A DNA stretch of 64,000 nt, from positions 1-64,000 of the IMG/VR virus record IMGVR_UViG_3300042557_001775; one strand, 5' to 3'. Position 1 is the stretch's first letter. Every line of letters begins with the position of its first letter. Shown in pieces: positions 52,309 to 61,282 of this stretch. Under the pieces are notes generated by a model, which was not told the DNA's origin, searched no databases, and saw only the letters and a list, made by a program, of their open reading frames with translations. The position numbers were made by a program, and so were the translations under genes. This stretch comes from a virus.

Positions 52309-52661
52309 TACGCCGCGATCCACTCGTCGTCACCAATCTTAATCAACGCCTGCGACGCTGAATTCCGAGTGTACGTTATTACTGTCGAGCTGCCCGCTTC
52401 AAGCGCAACCTCGCCGGGATCAGGAGACAATATCAAAATTTGAGTCCCTATCGGAAACTTTACTGAGGCGCTCGGAACATAGACCGGCCCCCCCGCCGTA
52501 ACCACTAGCCCGCCAGCATCTTCTAATTGAAGTGTATAAGGGGCGTTACTGAATAGCCGCCTCACTCCGCACGACAACGGTGCGGCCCCTGCTTCTTGGG
52601 CCGAGGTAATGGGAAAAAGCTCCCCGCTAAACGGGTTAAACTTGTACCCTGGAAGACTCAT
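52308..52661 (-). CDS. Small structural protein (117 aa)
   Basis: FNPFSG, YTL..EDAG, FPIGTQI and LIKIG.DEW patterns typical of fibre-associated modules. Confidence 0.7.
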   Translation of the reverse strand: MSLPGYKFNPFSGELFPITSAQEAGAAPLSCGVRRLFSNAPYTLQLEDAGGLVVTAGGPVYVPSASVKFPIGTQILILSPDPGEVALEAGSSTVITYTRNSASQALIKIGDDEWIAA

Positions 52662-52876
52662 TGAATGCTGCGGTTAAGCGATTTAGGGATCGCGCGCAAA
52701 TTGCTACGGCGATTCGACATGCCGTTCATGTGATGGACGTCTTTGCCGTCGCCCTTACGAACGTGGCCGAGCTTCTCCATCTTACGGCGAGCCTTGTTCC
52801 GCTGGCTGCGACGTTTGATTTGCTCCGGCTTCGCGTGGTAGTCGGCGTATTCTTTGGCGTAGTTTCGAGCGCTCAT
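52658..52876 (-). CDS. Small HNH endonuclease-like protein
   Basis: GDGKDVHH.NG...SNLR.....NRS motif. Confidence 0.75.
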   Translation of the reverse strand: MSARNYAKEYADYHAKPEQIKRRSQRNKARRKMEKLGHVRKGDGKDVHHMNGMSNRRSNLRAIPKSLNRSIQ

Positions 52877-55215
52877 TGAGTTTCGGTAGGCACGATTTCG
52901 GGAACCGCCATGCGGCTTGCCATTTTAACCTTGGCGGCGGTTTCGGCGTCTTTCAGCGCCATTTTTTGGGACGTCTCGGCCTGTTTCAAAGCCATGGTCG
53001 CCTGATGCCGCTCGACATCCATTTGCAACTTGGCTTGACGCTCCATCAGTTCTTGACGGGCTTTCGGCGAAAGCTGTTCAGACTCGGCGAGCTTCTGCTC
53101 CATCGCGGCGATGCGGGCCTGCTCCGACTCGATCATTCGCTGCTGTTCGGCTTGCTGCGCCATCGCTTGCTTCTCGGCGGCGGCTTTCAGCTCGTCGGCC
53201 ATGCGGTCGCGGGACGCGCCGAGCTGCTGGAGACGCTGGCGCATCAGGGCGACTTGATCTTTGCGGACAAGATCGCTGCCGAGCCGCTGAACGTGCTCGG
53301 CCAAGTGCGGCAAGAACAAGTCCATGGCCTGAAGGGCCGCCATCGGGTCGGCCCCGTTGGAGATGCCCTCCTGCATTTGCTCCAGCGCCTGAAGGTGTCG
53401 GCCGGCGTGAATGAAGTGATTTTCTCCGTCGCTCACTGGCATCGGGCTGCCGTTCGACATCAGGCCATTCTCGATGACGGCAAGCTTGTCGTCCATAGGC
53501 GGACGCAAGGACGTTCCTGGAGCGGGCAAATACCGATCCACGACCTCTTGGCCGAAGCGGGCAGCAATCCTATCACGCAAAAGATTGAGTCGACCGGCCT
53601 CGTCGAGGCTTCCGAAAATTGCCATTGTCTCCTCGATGGCGATTTGACGCATTCCGGGAGAGCCGAAACCGATCGCTCGAACGGGCTCAACGCTACGCCA
53701 GCGGTAGATGGCTTCCTCCGGAACCCCGCGCTTGATACAACGGCGCCGAAAATCGACGGCCTCCCTGCCGCCGGGTTCGAGGGCGGTGTATTTGCGACGG
53801 CTCAGTCGGCGATAGACTTCCGTGAGCAACCGCTTCCACGGGTGGTAAAACAGATTGATCGACGCTGAGCTTAGGATCGCTTCTTGCTGAAGCTGCGCTC
53901 TAACCTCGTATGCCGTCCGCGCCTGGCCGTCTGCGTTCATGGCGCGAGACTGGTATCCCACAGTGCGGTTGGTCATGTTCTGCGTCAGGTCTTGCAGGAC
54001 CGGCAGCATGTTGCGGCTGTAGTCGGGGATCGCTTTCTCGACGACTTTCAGCCCGGGAGGGAACAACGCGTAAGGGCCGTAATAAGACAACGTAAGATCT
54101 TCGAGTGCGCGGCTACCCTGATCTCCAGGCTGCACGATCAAGGCCGAGCTTAACAACGCACCGTCGACCATGCCGCAGCGAAGGCGGTTCAAAAGCTGGA
54201 TGTGCGGGTAGATCTTAAATCCAAGACCCCGAATGCCATGATACGTTCCGTTGCCGACCCCGTACGTGAACGTCACAAAGCAATTGACCGGCGACGAAAA
54301 GCGATTGGCGCGGGTAAAGAGAAACTCTTCGTCCGGCTCGTCTTCGTCAATTGAGCCTACGGGATCGCGCAAAAACATCAAATGCGAGACCTTCCCCGAG
54401 AATTCCCGAACCCACATGTGGACTACGTCAACTTTCTTGGCGCGGCTATTCGTATAGAGGAGGTCATTGTTCTTCAGCTCGACCTCCAGTTTTTCCCACT
54501 CACCGACTTCGTAGTTCGTTCGTTCGTTGCAGGCCCTTAAAAGCGCGTGCCGGACCATCTTGACGTTCCAGCCTAACGAGGCAGCAACCTTGGGGTCGCG
54601 GATGTAATGATAAAGTTGATGGGCCTGATACTCGCGCTCCACTGTCGCGCATTCGATCTCGAACTCGTTGGCCTTTGTACCCCGGGGCATACGAAACTCG
54701 GAAAGCCCCGCCACGCGCCAACGCCAATCGACTTCATCTTCAAAATACGTCACGCCAACTCCGTGCGAAACGAATTGGTCGGCCAACATTTGGTGGGAGA
54801 ATTCAAACTCCGGCCATTCTTTAAGCGTCCGGTGAAACTCTTCCGAGATGACGCGCTCCCACTCGACCCGCTGCTCGGTCGTTCCGTAATCCAAAGACAC
54901 GCGGGCCAGCGAATCAACCGATGCCGTCAAATCGTAGTATCCGGCCAAGGCTTGCTCTTTGAGGGCCGCCGCCTCGCCAAAATCCAAGTTCGTTCTCTCG
55001 CCCTGACCCATCTCCGTCAGGTCGTCTTGGTTGAACGGCGGCGAGCCGTTGAACATCGAGTCAATCAACGCTCGGTTCTGGGAACTCCCAGCGTCGGAAT
55101 CCTTCAAGGCTTTGTAAATGGAGCGGGCTGCGTCAACAGTCGTGACGCGCATTTTCGGCGGCTTGCCTGATTCGTTCAGCCCCGCCAGTTCAAGTGGTTG
55201 CAATCCGGATTCCAT
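52873..55215 (-). CDS. Portal protein (780 aa)
   Basis: Size and position after TerL; RTAYEV pattern; long C-terminal Gln/Ala coiled-coil barrel. Confidence 0.8.
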   Translation of the reverse strand: MESGLQPLELAGLNESGKPPKMRVTTVDAARSIYKALKDSDAGSSQNRALIDSMFNGSPPFNQDDLTEMGQGERTNLDFGEAAALKEQALAGYYDLTASVDSLARVSLDYGTTEQRVEWERVISEEFHRTLKEWPEFEFSHQMLADQFVSHGVGVTYFEDEVDWRWRVAGLSEFRMPRGTKANEFEIECATVEREYQAHQLYHYIRDPKVAASLGWNVKMVRHALLRACNERTNYEVGEWEKLEVELKNNDLLYTNSRAKKVDVVHMWVREFSGKVSHLMFLRDPVGSIDEDEPDEEFLFTRANRFSSPVNCFVTFTYGVGNGTYHGIRGLGFKIYPHIQLLNRLRCGMVDGALLSSALIVQPGDQGSRALEDLTLSYYGPYALFPPGLKVVEKAIPDYSRNMLPVLQDLTQNMTNRTVGYQSRAMNADGQARTAYEVRAQLQQEAILSSASINLFYHPWKRLLTEVYRRLSRRKYTALEPGGREAVDFRRRCIKRGVPEEAIYRWRSVEPVRAIGFGSPGMRQIAIEETMAIFGSLDEAGRLNLLRDRIAARFGQEVVDRYLPAPGTSLRPPMDDKLAVIENGLMSNGSPMPVSDGENHFIHAGRHLQALEQMQEGISNGADPMAALQAMDLFLPHLAEHVQRLGSDLVRKDQVALMRQRLQQLGASRDRMADELKAAAEKQAMAQQAEQQRMIESEQARIAAMEQKLAESEQLSPKARQELMERQAKLQMDVERHQATMALKQAETSQKMALKDAETAAKVKMASRMAVPEIVPTETQ

Positions 55216-55229
55216 GGGTGGTCAGGTTA

Positions 55230-55478
55230 TTATAGCTTAGGGCGAAGAAATGTCACCCGGCGGACTCCGCTGGAGCGAAAAACCCGGAACGATTGACGTT
55301 CGACCGAAGGGTTGCGGAGCATTCGCTGATACAGCCCCGAGCTTGCGAAGTCGCGATGGCTTTTCCATCCCTCTCGGCGGAGCGCCTCTTCATTGACGCC
55401 TTCAGATTCAGCCTCTATCGCCGCCCACGCCGAGTCGTAAAGATCAGACGCGGAGGGCTTTGCTTTCTTCTGGATCAT
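55230..55478 (-). CDS. Hypothetical protein (82 aa)
   Basis: Overlaps the end of the phosphoesterase gene. Confidence 0.6.
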   Translation of the reverse strand: MIQKKAKPSASDLYDSAWAAIEAESEGVNEEALRREGWKSHRDFASSGLYQRMLRNPSVERQSFRVFRSSGVRRVTFLRPKL

Positions 55479-56265
55479 AGGTCAAAAGTTTTACCGCAGG
55501 GAGGCTGTTCGCCGGAAGATTACGCCAATCGAGAATACCGACCGACGGGCGGCACAAGCTATCGCCGACGACTTTGTGTCCGTAGCGGGTCAGCATTTGC
55601 CACGCGCCGGTCACGAGGAAGAGCGCGTGAGCGTCCGAGTAGTAACCGCCGCAATGGCGATGTCCTCTCAAGAACACCCGGGGCAGCCGATGGCCGGAGC
55701 GCGCGTAGTTCAAACGAGCGTTTCCCATCGTAATGCTCATGGCCCCCGCTTCGAGATACGCCCGTGCGCTGGTCGGCATGTGGTGCGCTACGTCGATAAG
55801 CGTTCCATTGAGTTCAAGCAGCGCCTTGTCGCCGCAGAACTGCCCGCCGCACTCTTGCGCGATATACTCTTCCCAGTCGCCGGTATGACATTCAGTTCCG
55901 GCAATGAAGTAGCGCTTTGCGGCTACTTTCGCCAGCGGAAGCAACGCTTGGATCGCCGCGCTGCTGTGGTCTTTCATCTTGGCGGCGACGACTTCCTGAG
56001 TCCCGTGGTGCCGGCCTTCGATGCAATCTCCGTTGACGATCAGCGCCCAGGGCGCCCCTTTGAAGTGTTCAAAGATCCGTGTCTGCATGTCGGTCCAACA
56101 CGACCACAACCACTGCTGATGAAGGTTATCGCCTAAGTTGACGGTGTTGCCGTAACTGACTTTGGCGCCGTCAGGCCAGAGCCCGACAGAAGAACCGCAA
56201 TGTAAATCAGATACGACAACTACTCCTGCTACTTCGGCTGACGCCGGTTTCGGTCGTTTACGCAT
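55444..56265 (-). CDS. Calcineurin-like metallophosphoesterase
   Basis: SDLHCG, NGD, GTECH, AHH and GHRH motifs. Confidence 0.85.
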   Translation of the reverse strand: MRKRPKPASAEVAGVVVVSDLHCGSSVGLWPDGAKVSYGNTVNLGDNLHQQWLWSCWTDMQTRIFEHFKGAPWALIVNGDCIEGRHHGTQEVVAAKMKDHSSAAIQALLPLAKVAAKRYFIAGTECHTGDWEEYIAQECGGQFCGDKALLELNGTLIDVAHHMPTSARAYLEAGAMSITMGNARLNYARSGHRLPRVFLRGHRHCGGYYSDAHALFLVTGAWQMLTRYGHKVVGDSLCRPSVGILDWRNLPANSLPAVKLLTYDPEESKALRV

Positions 56266-56289
56266 GAGGTTAGTCGGTTATGATAAACG

Positions 56290-58065
56290 CTAAAATCGGG
56301 AAAGCAAACTAGGGTTCCGTGACGGGGTAAACTTTGTCATCGTCCGTTTCCACCGGGTTTCACGCCCGCCAGTCCCAGAGTTACCATCCTGGGGCGCCCG
56401 AATACCAAACCGCTCACGGACAACTTCGAGCAAAACGAATGACGCATCCGCTATGTCAGGAGACCGCCCCGTCCTAGATTTCATGTCAACTTTGCTCTCA
56501 ACGATTACTTTCATCGCCCCGCTCTTGCGCGTGTCGTAGTGGCGGCTCGTCATCTCTCGGGCCAAGTCCGGCCCGATACCGCGAATCTGCCCGTTCTGGA
56601 GGTACTCCTTAGCCCCGAACCACAGCTCGGTCACCCGGTTGGAGTATTTCTCGTTGGCTTTGGTCGAGTCGTACGAGGACAGCGCTCGCTCCGAAGGCGC
56701 CCCGCCGAAGTGAACCCGCATGAACTCATTGTTCCCCGCCACCGACGCGAGCGCATCGCAGAACGGGACGCCACCGCCCGTCACGTCCACGCCGACGTTG
56801 TACCAAGGGATGTTGTGCTGGATGACAATGTCTCGGATCTTTCGGGCAATCTGCATGGTGCGCGGTTCGGGGCTGGACACCTCGTCTTCGAGGTAATGGA
56901 ACTCGTCGAAAGCCACTTGGTCGAACCCCTCTTTGCCTACTCCGTAAGACCCGAGATAAATGACGCAGCGGTCACCGCCGGAGACAAACGACGGGTCAAT
57001 GCCGACCACGCGCTGTGGCGTTTTCAGCCAGACCGCCTGTTGGTCGCCCTTGAACCGAATAATCTCCGTCTCCGAATAGATGGCCTTCGACGCCGCCTGG
57101 GGCGCCCAAAACCCGCGATAATCCCTCCAAAACAACGGCGAGTCCTCCCCCAACCGCGCGCGGGCCTCGTCGATCTTTTCAAATTTCTGGATCGGCCACT
57201 TGTTTTCCCCGATCAAGTAATTCGGATTTTTAAGCGCGTCAAAGTGCAGACACACGCCGCCGATCTTGGTCTCCCAGCGGCCGGTATCCACGTTGATCGC
57301 CCCCCACCCGTCTTTCGGCTCCACGAACTTGCCGAACGGATCGTAATAGCTCGTCGGGTTTGAGGCGGCGCAAATGTGCAAGACAGGGTTGTTCGCCATG
57401 TTCGACAGGGCGGTGTCGATCAAGGCATGACTCAACTCGGACAGCTCGTCCGCCGCCAGATAGACCCGAAGTGCTTTCATGCCTCTCATTTTGCCGGTCA
57501 CTTCATTGCTTTTGCGGGCTTCGGCGGGAATCAGGTAAACGCCGGATTGTTCCTGCCTTTGGCCGTTTTTCATCACGTAGATCGCCGGAGTCGGCGTATC
57601 CGCAAGCTTGGCAGGGGCGACCTCTTTGATCGCGGGCCAATACCTCTGCACTGCGCCCCAAACTCTTTTCTTGGCGTCGCGGATCGAGGTCGAGGTCAGC
57701 AAGCCCAGGGTGTGGTACGGCGCGGAGAGCCAATTCAACAAAACCCAGACAGCCATGAAATCCGACTTGCCGCTACTCCCGCAGCCTGCGAAACCGACAT
57801 AACGATTATGGCAGCATTCGTGCAACATCGATTCGGCCCAGGGGTGCCAAATGAAGTTCTCGGTCTTGTGGTTCCAAAAGATTTTGGCCGCACGTTTGAA
57901 GTGCTCTTCGCGGCCCAACCAATCGGGCGAGCGACCGCCCTCGCGGTACATAAAAAGCTCGATGGCCCAGTCGGCGTACTCCGGCGGGAAAATGAATCCG
58001 TAGCGGCGGATCGCCGTCGAGGGGACGAGTTTTGCGTCGTTAATGAGACAGGGCTTAAAAATCAT
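56290..58065 (-). CDS. terL: Terminase large subunit
   Basis: Walker A GCGSSGKS, Walker B LAADE, ASNP, nuclease GIDP..GGD and SPDIAD motifs. Confidence 0.9.
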   Translation of the reverse strand: MIFKPCLINDAKLVPSTAIRRYGFIFPPEYADWAIELFMYREGGRSPDWLGREEHFKRAAKIFWNHKTENFIWHPWAESMLHECCHNRYVGFAGCGSSGKSDFMAVWVLLNWLSAPYHTLGLLTSTSIRDAKKRVWGAVQRYWPAIKEVAPAKLADTPTPAIYVMKNGQRQEQSGVYLIPAEARKSNEVTGKMRGMKALRVYLAADELSELSHALIDTALSNMANNPVLHICAASNPTSYYDPFGKFVEPKDGWGAINVDTGRWETKIGGVCLHFDALKNPNYLIGENKWPIQKFEKIDEARARLGEDSPLFWRDYRGFWAPQAASKAIYSETEIIRFKGDQQAVWLKTPQRVVGIDPSFVSGGDRCVIYLGSYGVGKEGFDQVAFDEFHYLEDEVSSPEPRTMQIARKIRDIVIQHNIPWYNVGVDVTGGGVPFCDALASVAGNNEFMRVHFGGAPSERALSSYDSTKANEKYSNRVTELWFGAKEYLQNGQIRGIGPDLAREMTSRHYDTRKSGAMKVIVESKVDMKSRTGRSPDIADASFVLLEVVRERFGIRAPQDGNSGTGGRETRWKRTMTKFTPSRNPSLLSRF

Positions 58066-58167
58066 AAGTCTTTTGTGCCAAAATCCTTGTCACAGCCCGG
58101 CACAGGCCGATTTGATAACGGCGCAAGGCGCTGGTACTCTGAAGGTTTACGCATTTGTGCAATCAAC

Positions 58168-58189
58168 TTCGAATCCCGTGCGCGCTGCC
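58168..58189 (+). other. attP core candidate: isolated tRNA 3' end (Asp/Glu-like)
   Basis: TTCGAAT-CCCGT-GCGCGCT-G-CC corresponds to T loop, T stem, acceptor strand and discriminator G, with no 5' tRNA half; about 95 nt from the integrase ORF. Confidence 0.7.
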
Positions 58190-58283
58190 CTATTTTCAAA
58201 TTCGTAAGTCACTCGACTTACTCTGTTAAACGGAAAGTTACGCAACATTTGTTGTGAACCTTTGTGCAAGGTTATGAATAATT

Positions 58284-59576
58284 TTGAACGAATTGGCACA
58301 GACTTACGTCAAATTTCCCATGAGCAAATCCAGACTTATTGAGACCAGCCCCGGTGTTCACGAACTCGAACTGAACGGCTCGCGGGTCAAAATCCGTGAG
58401 ACCAAAAACGGCAACTACAAGTTTTTTCGGCTCGACTGGAAAGTCGGTAGCCGCGCATTCCGCCGCGCCTTTTCCTCCTCCGAAAAAGCCATCGACGAGG
58501 CCGAGCGCATTGTACGGGATCTTGCCCGGGCCGAAGGGGAAAAAACAACCGTGCGTAGCGAGGATATCGTCTACTACCGCGAATGCGCCCGAAAGCTTGG
58601 CGGCGTTCCCCTGCACGAAGCCGTCGAGTTCTACTGCAAGTTCCACCGCGTCGGCGCTCCCCGCAAAACCATCGCCGATCTCGCCCAAGAACTCGAAGTC
58701 GCCACCCGCGCCCGCGAAGCATCCCGGCGGCATCTCGAAACAACCATTCATCTCAACAAGGTATGGACAAAATGGACGGGCGCAATGACGCCCTCCGAAA
58801 TTACCCCCGCGCTCATCGAGCGAAAGTTCTCCGAGAGCGACTACTCGGCCCACACGAAAAAGAATTTGCTGCGGGGTTACCGGGCCCTGGAGCTGTTCGC
58901 GATCCGCCAAAAATATCTGCCGCGTGAATTCGAGAGCGTAGCCGAGCGGGTGACCATACCCAAAACGCGCAACGCCACGCCAGCCGTGTTCACTCCGGAA
59001 GATCTGATGCGGCTCTTCGTTGCCGCGCAGCCGAAACATTTGTCCTACATCGCCATGATGGCGTTTGCTGGCGCCCGCCGGGCGGAGTTCGAGCGCATGA
59101 CCCGCGACCACATTTCGCTCGATGACAAAGTCGCCATCATCAACGCGGAAATTGCCAAGAAGGGTTCCCGGCGCGTTTTGGAATTACCGGAAAACCTTTG
59201 CGAGTGGCTGCGCGTGGCCGAACTTCCCGAGAAAGGTCTCCTCACGTCACGCAAAAGCATCGAGCGGCTCTCATCCAATAAAGCGGCGCTGAAAGAAGTG
59301 GGGCTGGACGCATCAAAGTGGGAGCAGAATGTGCTCCGCCACTCCTTTTGCTCCTACCACTTGGCCTTACACCGCAACGCGGCCACCACTTCAGAGCAGG
59401 CCGGCAACTCACCTCAAATGCTCCGCGAGCACTACAAATCACTCGTGACCCCCGCCGCCGCCAAAGAATGGTTCGGAATCACTCCCGAGAAGGTTAATCA
59501 ATTCGCGAGTGCGAATAATCTTGTCGGGTTAATAAAATGGTCTTGCCGAAAGAAAGGAGAGGTGTCAATCTCGTAA
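58284..59576 (+). CDS. int: Tyrosine recombinase/integrase
   Basis: GARRAE, NVLRHSFCSYH and AGNS...EHY catalytic motifs; the true start may be the ATG at 58320. Confidence 0.92.
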   Translation: MNELAQTYVKFPMSKSRLIETSPGVHELELNGSRVKIRETKNGNYKFFRLDWKVGSRAFRRAFSSSEKAIDEAERIVRDLARAEGEKTTVRSEDIVYYRECARKLGGVPLHEAVEFYCKFHRVGAPRKTIADLAQELEVATRAREASRRHLETTIHLNKVWTKWTGAMTPSEITPALIERKFSESDYSAHTKKNLLRGYRALELFAIRQKYLPREFESVAERVTIPKTRNATPAVFTPEDLMRLFVAAQPKHLSYIAMMAFAGARRAEFERMTRDHISLDDKVAIINAEIAKKGSRRVLELPENLCEWLRVAELPEKGLLTSRKSIERLSSNKAALKEVGLDASKWEQNVLRHSFCSYHLALHRNAATTSEQAGNSPQMLREHYKSLVTPAAAKEWFGITPEKVNQFASANNLVGLIKWSCRKKGEVSIS

Positions 59577-59613
59577 CAACCTTGAAACCCCAATCAAGAA
59601 AGGAAAACACAAC

Positions 59614-59904
59614 ATGCCCAATCAACTGAAACCAGGAACGCGCCGTCTCAGCTATGTCGAGACGCGCCAAGCAGCCAAAGCTTTGGATATCTTAGCTGCG
59701 GCCAAAAGCACCAACGTATCGGCCCTCATTCGTGAGGCCACCGAGGACTACCTGAAAAAGGTAGATAAAGACAACTCCGTCCGAAAGCTCGCCCTGCAAA
59801 TCGTGACTGAACTTCCCGACGACGCAGAAGAACGAGCGGAAGCGGATTTAGACCCGAAAACAATGGAACAGCTTACCGCCGTAATGAAAAAGATTCGGCG
59901 TTAA
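59614..59904 (+). CDS. Ribbon-helix-helix regulator (repressor candidate)
   Basis: RRLSYVE...ALDILAAAKSTNVSALIREA pattern; AAGGA RBS. Confidence 0.7.
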   Translation: MPNQLKPGTRRLSYVETRQAAKALDILAAAKSTNVSALIREATEDYLKKVDKDNSVRKLALQIVTELPDDAEERAEADLDPKTMEQLTAVMKKIRR

Positions 59905-59906
59905 CG

Positions 59907-59930
59907 ATTGGCACGATCGTGCTAATTTTT
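59907..59930 (+). terminator. Candidate intrinsic terminator or operator after the int-RHH genes
   Basis: ATTGGCAC-GATC-GTGCTAAT followed by TTTT. Confidence 0.45.
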
Positions 59931-60033
59931 GGCGGAATCGTCCGCGCATTTTGGCGCATCAGAGTCTTATCTACGTCACAACCCCACCACCTAAAACAAA
60001 CGACTAAAACTCAAAACCAATATACCAGAAGTC

Positions 60034-60252
60034 ATGGTCATCAACCTCACCAAAGCCCAAGAAGAGGCGCTTAAACGCCTATCGAACCAAGTCAACCTCC
60101 CTCCGGACAAAATCGCCGAGTTATTTGTGCAGGACGGAATTTCATCGTATGCTTATACCAACGATGGACACTCCTCTTTGCGAGAATCTCTTGCCGAGTC
60201 TTCAGAAGCTTCGCAACCCGAAGCTGATCCGGAGCTTTGCCAGCGACGCTGA
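60034..60252 (+). CDS. RHH-like small protein
   Basis: MVINLTKAQEEALKRLSNQVNLPPDKIAELFV pattern. Confidence 0.55.
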   Translation: MVINLTKAQEEALKRLSNQVNLPPDKIAELFVQDGISSYAYTNDGHSSLRESLAESSEASQPEADPELCQRR

Positions 60253-60352
60253 ATTAGAAGACGCACTCATCAAGGCTGCGGAGGCTACTGGCTACTCCAT
60301 GAGCGAGATTATCCGGCAAGCTCTCCGCAAGTCCTTGATCGAAGGTTCTTAA
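60164..60352 (+). CDS. CopG-like RHH protein
   Basis: IRSFASDAELEDALIKAAEATGYSMSEIIRQAL pattern. Confidence 0.7.
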   Translation: MDTPLCENLLPSLQKLRNPKLIRSFASDAELEDALIKAAEATGYSMSEIIRQALRKSLIEGS

Positions 60353-60363
60353 CCTCACAACCC

Positions 60364-60450
60364 GTGACAATCATCAGCATAGTCTGGTGCCTGCTTCTCA
60401 TGCTCGTGGTCGTTGCCTGCATCGACAACGACGAGCCGCCCTACTTATGA
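60364..60450 (+). CDS. Small membrane peptide (28 aa)
   Basis: GTG after TTAACC-N5-ACC; hydrophobic; ATGA overlap with the next gene. Confidence 0.4.
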   Translation: MTIISIVWCLLLMLVVVACIDNDEPPYL

Positions 60451-60734
60451 CAATGACAATCGAATGCTCGGCTTTCACCGCGACCCCGATCGCCGAAGGC
60501 CGCATTAAGTTGGAAATCCAATCGGCCGCCGCGCCGCGCAAAGACGTCTACACCGCAGGGGAAGCCGTTGCTCGCCTAAGCGAGATCTTCGGCAAACCCC
60601 TTCACCGCAATTCGCTGGCCTACTGGCGAAAACAAGGGCTCCCGTGCGTCAAGCTCGGGGAGAAAAAGATCATGTACTCCGAAGACGACCTTGTGCGATG
60701 GGCTCAAGGACGTATCACCTCTGCCATCCCGTGA
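60447..60734 (+). CDS. Excisionase-like winged-HTH protein
   Basis: YTAGEAVARL...RNSLAYWRKQGLP.VKLG....Y...DL..W pattern. Confidence 0.75.
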   Translation: MTMTIECSAFTATPIAEGRIKLEIQSAAAPRKDVYTAGEAVARLSEIFGKPLHRNSLAYWRKQGLPCVKLGEKKIMYSEDDLVRWAQGRITSAIP

Positions 60735-61105
60735 ATAGTCGCCAAAAAGGAAAAAGGGTCGAGCGGCTCTGGAGGGATCAACTCCGGGAGGCCGGTTTTC
60801 TCAAAGCCTACCGAGGACAACAATACTGCGGAGCGGCCGGCGACGCCGACGTCGTTTGCCCCGAGCTGCCAGGCTTTCACTTCGAGGTCAAAGGCGTCCA
60901 GAACCTGAACGTCTTGGCCGCGATGAAGCAAGCGCTCAACGACTGCGGAAAAAAGATTCCGGTCCTAGCGCATAAGAAAAACGGCGAGCCGTGGCTTGTG
61001 ACCATGCTCGCCGATGACTGGCTGCCCTTAGTTAAAGAGACTGACCGAGTTAGTCTGTCGGACACTCCCGAATCGGCTCACGAATCGGCTCACGATAATC
61101 CGTGA
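60731..61105 (+). CDS. Holliday junction resolvase, PD-(D/E)XK type
   Basis: NSRQKGKRVER, GQQY.G...ADV and FEVK motifs; GTG start at the overlap. Confidence 0.85.
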   Translation: MNSRQKGKRVERLWRDQLREAGFLKAYRGQQYCGAAGDADVVCPELPGFHFEVKGVQNLNVLAAMKQALNDCGKKIPVLAHKKNGEPWLVTMLADDWLPLVKETDRVSLSDTPESAHESAHDNP

Positions 61106-61244
61106 AATATGTGGTGCCGTTTTCTCTCCGAACGGCTCCGTAACCCTCGTAGCCCTTGGGGCCGTAAATTTGCACAAACTCAGGTTCAGAAGCCAGTGCG
61201 GCTAAAGCTGACGACACAAACAGCATACAAATTAAGTATTTCAT
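61050..61244 (-). CDS. Small secreted protein (64 aa), antisense to the replication operon
   Basis: Signal peptide MKYLICMLFVSSALAALA; fills the gap between resolvase and methyltransferase. Confidence 0.5.
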   Translation of the reverse strand: MKYLICMLFVSSALAALASEPEFVQIYGPKGYEGYGAVRRENGTTYFTDYREPIREPIRECPTD

Positions 61245-61282
61245 GCAAGTAAGTAGACTTAAACGGCACTGCCGCGTTCAAA

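Noticed and set aside
52308-52323. Programmed frameshift joining the 117-aa gene to the LRR gene
   Set aside because: An ordinary TAATG stop-start overlap at 52308 explains the junction.
35841-52661. Diversity-generating retroelement or invertible fibre cassette
   Set aside because: No reverse transcriptase or invertase gene, and no TR/VR-like repeat pair was noticed.
59908-59923. Sigma54 promoter (TTGGCACG...TGCT)
   Set aside because: The GG-to-GC spacing is 9 nt rather than the required 10; it is better explained as a palindrome or terminator.
61069-61095. 12-nt tandem duplication CGAATCGGCTCA
   Set aside because: Only two units, in the overlapping 3' ends of two genes; probably neutral slippage.
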